Virus record (IMG/VR): IMGVR_UViG_3300044719_000048
Coordinates: 64,001 to 128,000 of that record
DNA from: a virus
Taxonomy: Duplodnaviria; Caudoviricetes
Length of the DNA stretch: 64,000 nucleotides
Direction: 5' to 3' (one strand)
Notes under the pieces: generated by a model
Database searches by the model: none
Seen by the model: only the letters and a program-made list of their open reading frames with translations
What the model was told of the DNA's origin: nothing
In this document: positions 1-9,596 of the stretch, piece after piece
How the letters are laid out: each line of letters opens with the position of its first letter
Position numbering within the stretch: position 1 is the stretch's first letter
Program-made: the position numbers and the translations under genes

Positions 1-2028
1 GGGACAGGTACCCTCACCATTGCCAGCTCGGGCGGCTCCATCACCTCGGTGGGTACCGGTGTGTCCCTGATCGACTCGCAGGCTTCCTCGAATACCAATC
101 TGCGCTCTATCGTTGCAGGCTCTAATGTGACTGTTACCTCGAACGGCACAGGCGGCATCGTCATCGCATCGACGGCAGGATCAACGTCTACGACTCTCAC
201 CGGAGACGTCACGGGTACTGGTACGGGCACCGTAGCCACTACGCTGGCGAACAGCGGCGTCACGGCAGGCACCTACACACAGGTAACGGTTGATGCAAAG
301 GGCCGCGTGACTGTGGGTGCGAATCCGACCACTTTGGCAGGCTTCGGCATCACCGACGCTCTGCCTCTGGCCGGGGGAACGATGACAGGCGACATCAACA
401 TGACCCTCGGGAAGACCATCAAAGGTGTCCCGGACCCAGTCGCGCTGACGGATGTTGCAAACAGGAACTACGTCGACACTGCGTTGGCCGACGCAGCCAA
501 CGGCGTGTCGTGGCGTGAATCGGCCGCAGTGGCTACCACTGCAAACCTTGCGGCTCTGAGTGGACTGCAGACCATCGACGGCTACACGCTGCAAGCGGGC
601 GACCGAGTGCTGGTCAAGAACCAGACCACGGCAACTCAGAACGGTGTCTACGATGCCGCGAGTGGTGCGTGGACCCGCTCGTCGGATTCCAACACAGGAG
701 CAGAGCTGCTCCACGCCGCGTACCTGGTGGTGAACGGTACGACCAACGGCTTGACGCAGTGGGCCAATACGAACCAAACGACTCCGAACGTAGGAACTGA
801 TGCCATCACGTTCGGTCAGCTGCGGGCGGCAGGCAACCTGTACACGGCGGGTGCAGGTCTGACTCTGAGTGGTCTGCAGTTCAGTATTGCCCCAACTGGA
901 GTGACTGCGGGCTCCTACGCGAAGGTGACAGTCAACACTCTGGGTCAGGTGACTGGAGGTTCGGCGCTGACCAGCTCAGACATCACGACGGCTTTGGGCT
1001 ATACGCCGTACAATGGGACGACGAACCCGAGTGGCTTTATCGGAGCCCTTACCGCAGCGGGCGATGCGACGGGCTCGACGGTGGTAACGGGTTCGGCGGG
1101 TGTGCTGACACTCGCATTGGCAACAACGGGTGTTGCGGCCGGCACCTATACCTCGGTAACAGTCGATGCAAAAGGTCGGGTGACGGCAGGTGGTCAGATC
1201 ACTCCGTCTCAGATCACGACGGCCTTGGGCTACACGCCAGTGAACAAGGCAGGCGACACTATGAGTGGCGCGCTGAACTTCGCAGCGCAGGCGACCGTTA
1301 CGGCATCGGCGACGACAGGAATCGGTGCGGCTGGGGCTAACCAAATTCTTGTCAATGGTACGACGACAATCACGGCCTTCGACACTATCGCATCTGGTGC
1401 GTATCGTATCGTGGTCTTTGCCAGTTCCCTGACGCTGACCCACAATGGTACGTCCCTGATCCTACCAGGCGCTGCGAACATCACGACCGCAGCTGGCGAT
1501 GTTGCCCAATTCGTGAGTCTCGGATCAGGTAACTGGCGGTGCGTCAACTACATGAAGGCAGACGGTACGCCGCTCAAAGGTGGTAGTGGTTCGCCATACA
1601 GCACGGTGCAGATCTTCAACGGGTCAACAACTGACTTTGCAGCAGAGTTCGTCAACGCGGTCGAGCTGGTGAAGATCACCGGCACTACCCCGAGTCCGAA
1701 CTTCGACGTTCAATTAGGTGCTGTGCAGTACTACACAGTCAACCTCAGCCAGAACTTTGGTATAAACTTCAGGTTCAACAGCACCACAACCCTCGGATCG
1801 ATGCTGTCCTCCGGGATGTCGGTAACACTGGCCCTGATAGTGAGCAACGGCTCGAATGCGTTTATGCCCACCACTTTCCAAATCGATGGTTCGGCTATAA
1901 CGCCTAAGTGGCAAAACGGAGTGGCCCCCTCAGGAGGAAACCCTTCGGCCTACGACATCTATACGTTCACGATCATTAAGAGCGGAGCGAGTTTCATAGT
2001 ATTCGCGGCGCAGACCACGTTCTATTGA
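1..2028 (+). CDS. Long tail fibre protein, 5'-truncated by the window edge
   Basis: Frame 1 is open from base 1 (GTGTLTIASSGG...). It is G/T/A/S-rich with three GV(T/A)AG(T/S)Y..VTV...G.VT fibre repeats, two ITTALGYTP repeats and a TIDGYTLQAGDRVLVKNQT virion module. Confidence 0.85.
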   Translation, partial: GTGTLTIASSGGSITSVGTGVSLIDSQASSNTNLRSIVAGSNVTVTSNGTGGIVIASTAGSTSTTLTGDVTGTGTGTVATTLANSGVTAGTYTQVTVDAKGRVTVGANPTTLAGFGITDALPLAGGTMTGDINMTLGKTIKGVPDPVALTDVANRNYVDTALADAANGVSWRESAAVATTANLAALSGLQTIDGYTLQAGDRVLVKNQTTATQNGVYDAASGAWTRSSDSNTGAELLHAAYLVVNGTTNGLTQWANTNQTTPNVGTDAITFGQLRAAGNLYTAGAGLTLSGLQFSIAPTGVTAGSYAKVTVNTLGQVTGGSALTSSDITTALGYTPYNGTTNPSGFIGALTAAGDATGSTVVTGSAGVLTLALATTGVAAGTYTSVTVDAKGRVTAGGQITPSQITTALGYTPVNKAGDTMSGALNFAAQATVTASATTGIGAAGANQILVNGTTTITAFDTIASGAYRIVVFASSLTLTHNGTSLILPGAANITTAAGDVAQFVSLGSGNWRCVNYMKADGTPLKGGSGSPYSTVQIFNGSTTDFAAEFVNAVELVKITGTTPSPNFDVQLGAVQYYTVNLSQNFGINFRFNSTTTLGSMLSSGMSVTLALIVSNGSNAFMPTTFQIDGSAITPKWQNGVAPSGGNPSAYDIYTFTIIKSGASFIVFAAQTTFY

Positions 2029-2033
2029 TTAAC

Positions 2034-2067
2034 AGGGCCGCCATTAACATAATGGCGGCCCTTCTTC
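2034..2067 (+). terminator. Intrinsic terminator-like hairpin after the tail fibre gene
   Basis: AGGGCCGCCATTA-ACA-TAATGGCGGCCCT is a perfect 13-bp stem followed by TCTTCT (weak U tract). Confidence 0.7.
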
Positions 2068-2079
2068 TAGGAGATTCAA

Positions 2080-3009
2080 ATGCCTATGATTGGAACACGC
2101 GGGGTAATGTCCTCGCGCGGGCTCGGGCAATTCTCGGCAAAGAATTTGGTGCCAGGTACATTTGCGGTAGTTGTATTAGGGCTCGGTTCTTGGAGATATT
2201 CGTTCGCTACAGACACCGCAGTGCAGTTGCTGTCGAGCATAGACTCGAACGGCACTACCCCGTCTGGTAATAGAATGACCAACGTTGGTAACTCTGTAAA
2301 GGCTTATCTGAGCGTGCGGTCTAACTCCAACGGCATTCTGTTCATGAAGCGCATGCTCTGGTCCGCCCAGAAAGCGCTTAAGAGCGTCAGCTTAGTGCCT
2401 CAGGTTAACAACCTGAGCCCTACCGCGTCTGGCAACTCAACCGTGGGTGTCATATCCAACAGTAGTGGAGCGTCCCCTTCGGGTGCAGTGGACACTATTA
2501 CCTACTCAAATGATGCAGTGGCGTCCGGCACTACACTGACAGGGCAGGCCTACGGAGGTCAGTCTGTCGCGACTTCGGACCACGCTCTGTTTGCTCTTAT
2601 GGGATCTTCGCTACAGCAGACTAACAAGTACGGATTTGCTGACAACAGCGTCGTCTCTGGGACCAACCTCACGTTCACAGCGTCGTACTCGGCCGGTGCC
2701 TCAATCGGGAACGCTAATGTAGGTATCTTCACCCGAGCCAACAGCACAAACCTCACCTGCAAGTACACGCACACAGGTGACACTACGGCGAACAGCACGA
2801 ACCTTGTGGGTAACACGTCTGTAGTCGGCGGGTGGAATAACGATGTGAGTGGGGTCATACCCTATGGCGCTGCAACAGGGCAGACCAACTGGACGAAATG
2901 GCTTTTCGCCAGCGACACGGTTAGCGCTGTCCTAGGAAGCAGTACAGGCCTCGGTAGTGCCATATATGCCTATGGCTGCGCCAACGGTATTCCAGGAGTC
3001 TCTGTGTAA
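2080..3009 (+). CDS. Putative virion or tail-fibre-associated beta-rich protein
   Basis: AGGAGA RBS; S/G/T/N-rich with ~40-aa internal repeats (Y.(F/Y)..D.V..GT.L); directly follows the fibre gene. Confidence 0.6.
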   Translation: MPMIGTRGVMSSRGLGQFSAKNLVPGTFAVVVLGLGSWRYSFATDTAVQLLSSIDSNGTTPSGNRMTNVGNSVKAYLSVRSNSNGILFMKRMLWSAQKALKSVSLVPQVNNLSPTASGNSTVGVISNSSGASPSGAVDTITYSNDAVASGTTLTGQAYGGQSVATSDHALFALMGSSLQQTNKYGFADNSVVSGTNLTFTASYSAGASIGNANVGIFTRANSTNLTCKYTHTGDTTANSTNLVGNTSVVGGWNNDVSGVIPYGAATGQTNWTKWLFASDTVSAVLGSSTGLGSAIYAYGCANGIPGVSV

Positions 3010-3015
3010 GCCAGC

Positions 3016-3022
3016 AATTTCA
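3016..3022 (+). promoter_or_regulatory. AATTTCA promoter-like motif (class A)
   Basis: Intergenic, ~30 nt before the GAGGA RBS/ATG at 3054. The same motif precedes five - strand units. Confidence 0.45.
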
Positions 3023-3053
3023 CGACACCTATAACAACCCTTCCGAGGACTAA

Positions 3054-3704
3054 ATGACTGCCAAACCGCACCGCCAGAACTCCGGCTTCCAGCTTCGTTA
3101 CTTCCTTGCTGGTCAGTGCTCAACACCTGATGGAGCATACGTACTCATGTACGGTCAGATGACCGACATGAAGAACAAGCTGCGCCACGCGGAGGCCCAG
3201 CTGAAGCGTCGACATGCCAAGCTGGCCAAGGCTCAGTATGTGATCGACCACCCAGCAGAGTTCAAGGCCTACGAGGTATTGGAGGCCGAAGCCGACAAGT
3301 TGGAAATCGAGGCCGACATTCCTATCTGGGATATGAATGTGTTAGCCGCTCAACAAGAGTTGGCCGACATCGAGAACCTCATGTTGGAGATACGCCCCAA
3401 GTGCAAGTATGCGGATCTTCCTATTCTGGAGATGAGCGAGGCCTGTCAAGAAGAAGAGTGGCTGGGCGAATTGAAGCAACGCGCTGAGAACTTCCTCATC
3501 ACTGCTGGTACGATCCCGCATGATCATTTCCAGACCATGCGGTCGCACCCGAGGTTCAAGACCGACCTGGTGCCGCACATTCAGCTCGTAAATCAGAAGC
3601 TGGCAACAGCAGCAGCGTTGACTCACAAAGGCCAAGACGGTATGACTTCCCTCATGCTGGAACTGGAGGAACCAAAGTTGCTTGAAGCTCCAAAGGAGGA
3701 TTGA
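3054..3704 (+). CDS. Hypothetical helical protein (possible fibre chaperone)
   Basis: GAGGA RBS, 216 aa, coiled-coil character, located in the tail-fibre operon. Confidence 0.6.
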   Translation: MTAKPHRQNSGFQLRYFLAGQCSTPDGAYVLMYGQMTDMKNKLRHAEAQLKRRHAKLAKAQYVIDHPAEFKAYEVLEAEADKLEIEADIPIWDMNVLAAQQELADIENLMLEIRPKCKYADLPILEMSEACQEEEWLGELKQRAENFLITAGTIPHDHFQTMRSHPRFKTDLVPHIQLVNQKLATAAALTHKGQDGMTSLMLELEEPKLLEAPKED

Positions 3705-3901
3705 TGGACTTTGCAGACATCGGACTTGAGGCCACTGAGGCGCGCACGGAGGCCTTAATCAAGGAGGCGCGCGAGCGAGTCGAAACGACGCCTAAAGCGA
3801 AGGGCTCGTGCAACAATCCATTGTGCGGGCTCGACACTGACAAACCTTTCTGTTCGCCGGAATGCCGTGACGAATACGACCGAGTAAAGGACAAGATATG
3901 A
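3704..3901 (+). CDS. TraR/DksA-like C4 zinc-finger protein
   Basis: N-terminal MDFADIG (DxxD), a helix, then C-NNPL-C...FC-SPE-C; GGAGGA RBS; TGATG coupling. Confidence 0.6.
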   Translation: MDFADIGLEATEARTEALIKEARERVETTPKAKGSCNNPLCGLDTDKPFCSPECRDEYDRVKDKI

Positions 3902-4281
3902 CCTACATCACAGGCAGTGCCTCGCCGCCTCAGAGTTTGGGGCTCGAACTCAAGGCTACGGTGTGCCGCAATCAGATACAGCGCACGGTGGGCAATTACT
4001 CTGCACTGTACTTCGCTGACCAGTCCAACATACAGGACGTGTACATCGAACTCGATGAATTGCAAGTGTGGTCATCGAATCCGCAGGAGACTTACCAGCA
4101 GCTGGTGGTTTCCTGTTCGGGGCCGCTGGAGTTCACTGGGGTTCGCCCTAACGGATCATCCGTAACGCTGACGGCCAACAAGATGCTGGTTCTGGACACT
4201 GAGTTCAGGACGTTCAAGTTGTCGAACATCAACACCGAACGAGTAAGGGCCCAGTTGAATTTCGTTTCGACCCGGCCGTAA
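3898..4281 (+). CDS. Hypothetical protein
   Basis: 127-aa ORF overlapping the previous stop (ATGA) and ending at the terminator. Confidence 0.65.
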   Translation: MTYITGSASPPQSLGLELKATVCRNQIQRTVGNYSALYFADQSNIQDVYIELDELQVWSSNPQETYQQLVVSCSGPLEFTGVRPNGSSVTLTANKMLVLDTEFRTFKLSNINTERVRAQLNFVSTRP

Positions 4282-4326
4282 AAGAGGGAGCTACCATTGC
4301 TAATGGTAGCTCCCTCTTTTCGTTTT
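4280..4326. terminator. Bidirectional intrinsic terminator between convergent operons
   Basis: Perfect 19-bp inverted repeat AAAAGAGGGAGCTACCATT-GCT-AATGGTAGCTCCCTCTTTT followed by CGTTTTT; lies between the stops at 4281 (+) and 4337 (-). Confidence 0.9.
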
Positions 4327-4336
4327 TCACAGGGGA

Positions 4337-4864
4337 TTACGGAATGAGCATGCGTGGCTCCTGCAACAGTGCCTGCGTGAGAACCGGTGGATTCTTCTCA
4401 AGCTCATCAGATTTCCTCTGATACGTACCCAGAGCAACTGCAACTGCTTCGTGGTATGCGTTGGCCTTGATCACGATCTTCTGGGCAAGTACGTCTACGT
4501 CTACGCCCCTGATCCTGCTCAGGGTCTCCAAGAAAAGGCTGGGCGTGCCTGTCTTGAGATACTCCCTCGCGTCTGCCTCCTGTCGCGAATACGTCGCCAC
4601 TTCGTCGGGAGACTTACCTGACGTGAGTGCATTGATGGCATTGCGCAGCTCCCGCTTCAGAGCTCCTTGCGCCGCTTCACTTAGCAGCTTGGGCGTAATC
4701 TGATCAAGAGGGCGTCCGTGCATCCAGCCATGCCCGTTGAAGTAGACCTGCTGTCCTTCTCGTTGAGCTGGTGGCGCCCACGTAGTTGAATTAGGCGGCG
4801 GATTCTCAGATATGACAAAGCCTTGAGGAATAAAGGTCTCCGGGCAATAGGTGTAGTAGATCAT
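4337..4864 (-). CDS. Tail fibre assembly/chaperone-like protein
   Basis: N-terminal PPNSTTWAPP...FNGHGW and C-terminal LSRIRGVDVDVLAQKIVIKA resemble fibre-assembly proteins; ATGA-coupled to the upstream fibre gene. Confidence 0.6.
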   Translation of the reverse strand: MIYYTYCPETFIPQGFVISENPPPNSTTWAPPAQREGQQVYFNGHGWMHGRPLDQITPKLLSEAAQGALKRELRNAINALTSGKSPDEVATYSRQEADAREYLKTGTPSLFLETLSRIRGVDVDVLAQKIVIKANAYHEAVAVALGTYQRKSDELEKNPPVLTQALLQEPRMLIP

Positions 4865-6885
4865 CCCCAAGACGTGACTCCTTCAGGATACAGCCACACA
4901 TAAGAGAACGTGTCCGTTCCAATAACTCCGTAATCGCCCGTTATTTGTATGCGGTCTCCTGGGTTGACCGGAATCGTGTACATACCGCTATGGCCCGGGA
5001 ATCCAGGGGACTCCTCAATGTCGATGAAGCAGATCTGGACTCCGTTGACCAGCAGGTAGGCAGTACCCACGTTGTCGTGCTCGCAGCGTACCGTCACGTA
5101 GTAGCCGATGCGATCTGATGGTACGGTGTAGTCCGTCGGATCGGGCACATTGATGCGCTCCAACATGCCGCTGCTGGTTGGCAAGATGTTGGTATTGAAG
5201 TTCGTGTAGGTCGGGGAGCTGGCCACCTTGTTGCCGATGAATGCCGCTACTCCTGCTACCGTCATAGTTCGTGAGCCTACAGCACCACCTCGGAAGTTGA
5301 AGGACATGTCCCGCGACTCTGCGGTGAACAACTTGCCACTGCCAGAGACCAGCGTAGACTCTTGCAGCAGATTGTGCGGCACCAGCGTGAAGTTGGAACC
5401 GAATTGCGACTCCGCCTGAGGCAACGAAATCTCGCAGTTACGGAGAAGCCAGCTGCCACTTGCATAGGGGTCCATGAAGCTACCATTCCGGTGTACCGGA
5501 TTGGCGTTGGCGACCTTGATACCTGCAACGAACTTGATGTCTATGGCTTGCACGTAGGCCCCGAGGTCGGGTATCAATGCTGAGGCGTACTGCACCATCA
5601 GACCACCCTCGTTGTACTGCATGAACGGCTGGGATTGAATCGTCGGGCTGACGGCTTGGGCGGCGACAGTCATGAAGACCGAGTCACCTGGGTTAGGTGG
5701 TAGTGCATCGGACAGAGGGCCATACGGTTGGATCAACCACTTGCCACCCCTGAACACTGCGCAGTTGTTGGGATCGACGTAGTGGGTCTGTTGCTCGTAC
5801 AGGAAGATGTTGCGGTCGATACCGGAGGCACCAAGGCTCAATGCGTATTGCAGGGTCTGCAGGGGTTGAGCACGCGTACCCGGATTGCTGTCACTACCGT
5901 TCACTGCATCGACATAAATGTTCTGAAGTTCAGGCGGCGCTACCGTCCCATAGTAAAGGCCGTCCGACCGCTTCTCCAGCAGGTTCCCAGAAGTGGCTGA
6001 CAGGCGGACTTTGCTGAGGTCCTTGGTCGTGTGAATCCAGACCTGATTGCCGCTACTGAAGGCAGTCGGGAACGCCTCAGTAAAGGTGAAGGTCAGCGTT
6101 GTCTCATCGGCACTCAGAACTGCTGTAGAGACCGCGCGGAGATAGCCGGCGCTATTTTCGATCACAAATTCCTTGGCAGTCGAGGACACCAACTCGTGTA
6201 CGGAGAGCACGGAGTCCAGAGCGCTGGTGGCCACTACGACTGTCGTGGTGCTGCCTGATTGACACGGACCTTTGTACACCGATTGGTAGTTAGTGCCTAC
6301 CGTCCAGTGAGTATCCGACGCTTGGTGGATCAAGGTCGAGTCACCTTTCGGATCGAGCTCGCGCACCAGAATCGAAGGAATGCCCGGATTGGCCGACAAG
6401 GCAGGTGGGTAGACATCCGACCAGTGATCAACTTCCCAAATGTCTGGAGGCAAACAGTTGGTGTTGACCTGGAAGACTGCAACTGACTGCTCCAGCTTCA
6501 GCAGGCAATTGAAGGTATAGGTCGACAATACGTTAGTGCCCAAAGAACTGTACTTGATCTGCGGGGTAGCGAACGCCGCCTTGGCGAACATCGCTCCGCC
6601 CGTCAGGAACAGTGCGACCTCACCGAACTGGAAAGGGCCGGCCTGAGTCGGAATACGGCACACGATGTCCAGTGTGTTGTTACCTACGTATTTGTAGGTC
6701 AAGGGCTCGCCCTCGTACAGCAAGTCCCCGTTGATGTCGGTGTCGGTAGGCTCTGGTGTATAGCCGTACGCCGAGCCGATTTTGAAGGACGCGATCTCAA
6801 TGAAGGGACCGGTTGGAGTTGCTACTGAGGCTGCGGCCTCCCCTACGTTGGTAACAACCAGCTTAGGCGTTGTGAAGTCGGTCAT
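4861..6885 (-). CDS. Baseplate-attached tail fibre protein (P2 gpH-like N-terminus)
   Basis: N-terminal VVTNVG...IEIASFKIGS...GPFQFGEVALF baseplate-attachment pattern; IYVDAVNGSDSNPGT..PLQT adhesin-like motif; follows the wedge genes. Confidence 0.75.
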   Translation of the reverse strand: MTDFTTPKLVVTNVGEAAASVATPTGPFIEIASFKIGSAYGYTPEPTDTDINGDLLYEGEPLTYKYVGNNTLDIVCRIPTQAGPFQFGEVALFLTGGAMFAKAAFATPQIKYSSLGTNVLSTYTFNCLLKLEQSVAVFQVNTNCLPPDIWEVDHWSDVYPPALSANPGIPSILVRELDPKGDSTLIHQASDTHWTVGTNYQSVYKGPCQSGSTTTVVVATSALDSVLSVHELVSSTAKEFVIENSAGYLRAVSTAVLSADETTLTFTFTEAFPTAFSSGNQVWIHTTKDLSKVRLSATSGNLLEKRSDGLYYGTVAPPELQNIYVDAVNGSDSNPGTRAQPLQTLQYALSLGASGIDRNIFLYEQQTHYVDPNNCAVFRGGKWLIQPYGPLSDALPPNPGDSVFMTVAAQAVSPTIQSQPFMQYNEGGLMVQYASALIPDLGAYVQAIDIKFVAGIKVANANPVHRNGSFMDPYASGSWLLRNCEISLPQAESQFGSNFTLVPHNLLQESTLVSGSGKLFTAESRDMSFNFRGGAVGSRTMTVAGVAAFIGNKVASSPTYTNFNTNILPTSSGMLERINVPDPTDYTVPSDRIGYYVTVRCEHDNVGTAYLLVNGVQICFIDIEESPGFPGHSGMYTIPVNPGDRIQITGDYGVIGTDTFSYVWLYPEGVTSWG

Positions 6886-6895
6886 GAGTTGCCTT

Positions 6896-7642
6896 TCAAT
6901 AATTGGTGAGCTTGATTTGGAAATCGTTGTTCAGGCCTATCGCCACAATGACGGCTGCATCGCCGTCTATCTCGGAGACTATCTGCATGTCGAAGTTTGC
7001 GTCCACCGACTGAAGCACGAGATTGTAGTTGGCGATCTCGTAGAAGAACTGCTGGAGCGTCAGGATGTCGATGCCCTTCAACCCTCCCTTGGCCTCAATC
7101 AATACGTGCGTTGTCGGATACCACGGTCCGCCCTCCCATATAGGAGTGCCTATGGTTTCATCTCCCTCAGGTACGAAGGTCACGTAGTCAGTGGTCCACA
7201 TATTGAAGACCCTGAAATCTGAGGACAGGCAGTAGTTGATGAACTCGATGAACTGTCCTGTGCCCTTGCCGAACCAGTAGGTGCCGACGAAACGAGCAAT
7301 GGTCTGGTAAGCGTCGTCTGAGACGATGCCTGCGGTCTGGAGCTTCATGCCGAGGGCGTTGACCTGCTTGACTACTAGGTCGCGGTCAGGAGTAGACCAT
7401 GCACTGTCAGGTATCAACGCCTGCTGGTCCACGCTGGCCTCCGTCGTAGGGTTTTGCACCCACATATTGCGGAGATTAGCCAGAGTCCGAAGCTCTGCAT
7501 CCACAGTGGGGCCGAACACAGCATCCATCGCATTGCAGTACTCGACGAAGTAAGGGTTCGATGCGAGATACGGTGGCAGCAGAGTCGAACGAGGGACGAT
7601 GATTCCGTGGCGCTGCCTGTACTTTGCGCTTTCAGTATCCAA
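6896..7642 (-). CDS. Baseplate wedge protein (P2 gpI/T4 gp7-like)
   Basis: LLPPYL...YWFGKGT..FIEFI pattern; lies between the J-like gene and the fibre gene. Confidence 0.6.
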   Translation of the reverse strand: MDTESAKYRQRHGIIVPRSTLLPPYLASNPYFVEYCNAMDAVFGPTVDAELRTLANLRNMWVQNPTTEASVDQQALIPDSAWSTPDRDLVVKQVNALGMKLQTAGIVSDDAYQTIARFVGTYWFGKGTGQFIEFINYCLSSDFRVFNMWTTDYVTFVPEGDETIGTPIWEGGPWYPTTHVLIEAKGGLKGIDILTLQQFFYEIANYNLVLQSVDANFDMQIVSEIDGDAAVIVAIGLNNDFQIKLTNY

Positions 7643-7835
7643 AGAGGACCTCTCTTGATTCTGGAGTGGAGACCAGCATTTCCGGGCACTCCTTTATGGG
7701 CCGCAACCCGTGAGTCATAGCCATCTGCTCTTTCGGGTTGCTGACCATGTTGTTGAATAGCTTTATGGTGGCCTCTTCGTTCGACATGGCTTCCGCCACG
7801 TAGACCACCTTGTCGCACTGGCACAGATAGATCAT
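7632..7835 (-). CDS. Small hypothetical protein (67 aa, MIYLCQCDK...)
   Basis: ATG at 7835 overlaps the TAA of the baseplate J gene and fills the gap to the next gene. Confidence 0.45.
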   Translation of the reverse strand: MIYLCQCDKVVYVAEAMSNEEATIKLFNNMVSNPKEQMAMTHGLRPIKECPEMLVSTPESREVLFGY

Positions 7836-9595
7836 TATGCCAGCCTCGTGGGTGCACCTTGGATGCGCTGTTGCCGCTCGGCGTACACAACATTGACCAC
7901 CAGGCTGTTGATCTTGTTGTAGCGGATTGGAACATTGGCCGTTCCCGGAGGCGCGACACCCGGCGTGATAGAGCCGTTGTCCGTGAACTGCAGCGGATCG
8001 CCTGCGTTGATTGTGGCTAAGAGGCCTACACCCTCGGACGCTTTCCGACCATAGACCTTGTACTGTGCAGCGACTTCCATAGGGAGCCACGTGAGTTTGA
8101 CGGAGTTGTTGTTACCCATCGCATTCGTGATCTGCGGGAAGACCCAGTTCGACGGGGGCCCTTCCTCGCCGTCGCCGTTCACGACCGACACGCCGTAGGA
8201 GTACATCAGAGGCGTCAGCGTACCTGATCCGTGAATGAGCTCGAACTGCAGGCCCGGACTCGGCGGCGCAGTCACGATCATCGGATCGGTCGGCGACTGC
8301 ACGGTGACATAGGACACTAGGCCAGGAGCAGCTATACGGCAAGCGTTCTCCAAGTCATAGCCATAGAAGTTGGTCATCAGCAAGCCGCTGCGTGGCGCGA
8401 ATAGCTGATTGATCTGTGCCTCACACGCCGCTTGCACTTGCGAGAGGATAGCAGTGTTGAAGCAGAAGACAGTGACCTCGATGTCACGTAAGATCGCTAT
8501 AGGATCTTGGAACACGAAACGTGGTGCGTACATCGTGACCGACTGCAGGTATGAACAGTAGTCTTTCTTCTGCTGCGTTGTCCAAGGTGTAGTGGTTAAT
8601 GCCGAGACACGCATCACGTTCATCCACTCCAAGGCCATCGGGTTAATGTCGCGCTGGGCCTGCGTCACCGAATCGATGACGCCTGGATAGTCACCGACTG
8701 TCGCCAGATACTGGGACTTCGTGACCGCCGACGAGTAGGTGCCGAAGGCCCCACTACTCAAGTTCTTGTAAGTCTGGATCGGCTGCTCATCGCCACCCCC
8801 TGTCGGGTTTGCCAAGGCCGTGCCCGTGATTTCCGGATGGCCGTCCACTGAGAGAGGCTTGCCTTGCAGAGTCTGGTTCGACCCGTCTGCGCCATTCGTG
8901 ATGGCGTATTGAATGACGATGACATCGGAGACCTGCGGCGTATAGCCGAACTGCTGCGAACCGAAGACCACGAGTAGGCGTCCATCCGACGTGGTGAGAT
9001 CCGCATACGCCGGAAGGCCCCTGTAGTTCCAGAGCGTGCCAAACGATTTTTCGATCAGCGTATTGTTCACGTAGACCCTTACGTCTTGGTCGGAGACGGT
9101 GAACGAGTCGTCCTCGGAGAGGAAGGTCTGACGAGGCGAACCCAAACCACTCATCGCGAAGGCCGTGATCCGGCCTTGGAACAGCGTCACCGTCTGCGGT
9201 ACGTTAGCGGTGAAGAACAGCTGCTCGCGATTGAAGTAGTATTGCCCAGCGATCAGGAACTGAGTCATCGGATTCAGCGTCTGCGTGGTAGTCGACGTGA
9301 GCGAAACATCTAGCCCGGCCGGGAGCTTACGCGTCATGCGCAGGCCCTGCATCTGGGTGATGGCTCGAATAGCGTCATCGGACTGCGCGGTTTCCGCGAA
9401 TGCGTCCTCCGCCGTTCGGATGTTTCGGCCTTCCATGAAGGTGCCAACAGCGGCGACCAACTCGATTAGCGTCTGAGAGGTCTGCGTGGTCAGATTCCCT
9501 TTCCACGTAGGCGTGTTCGACAAATAGGTCTCGAACGCCGTGACGAAGTCGTTGAAGTCCGCTGCTGTTACTGGGATGCTCAGGTCTTGGCTCAT
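7835..9595 (-). CDS. Baseplate wedge protein (P2 gpJ/T4 gp6-like)
   Basis: DF..F..A...YL, LLVVFG...FG..P, Y.ITNGADG, TGGGDEQ, SAVTKSQY motifs. Confidence 0.85.
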   Translation of the reverse strand: MSQDLSIPVTAADFNDFVTAFETYLSNTPTWKGNLTTQTSQTLIELVAAVGTFMEGRNIRTAEDAFAETAQSDDAIRAITQMQGLRMTRKLPAGLDVSLTSTTTQTLNPMTQFLIAGQYYFNREQLFFTANVPQTVTLFQGRITAFAMSGLGSPRQTFLSEDDSFTVSDQDVRVYVNNTLIEKSFGTLWNYRGLPAYADLTTSDGRLLVVFGSQQFGYTPQVSDVIVIQYAITNGADGSNQTLQGKPLSVDGHPEITGTALANPTGGGDEQPIQTYKNLSSGAFGTYSSAVTKSQYLATVGDYPGVIDSVTQAQRDINPMALEWMNVMRVSALTTTPWTTQQKKDYCSYLQSVTMYAPRFVFQDPIAILRDIEVTVFCFNTAILSQVQAACEAQINQLFAPRSGLLMTNFYGYDLENACRIAAPGLVSYVTVQSPTDPMIVTAPPSPGLQFELIHGSGTLTPLMYSYGVSVVNGDGEEGPPSNWVFPQITNAMGNNNSVKLTWLPMEVAAQYKVYGRKASEGVGLLATINAGDPLQFTDNGSITPGVAPPGTANVPIRYNKINSLVVNVVYAERQQRIQGAPTRLA

Positions 9596-9596
9596 A

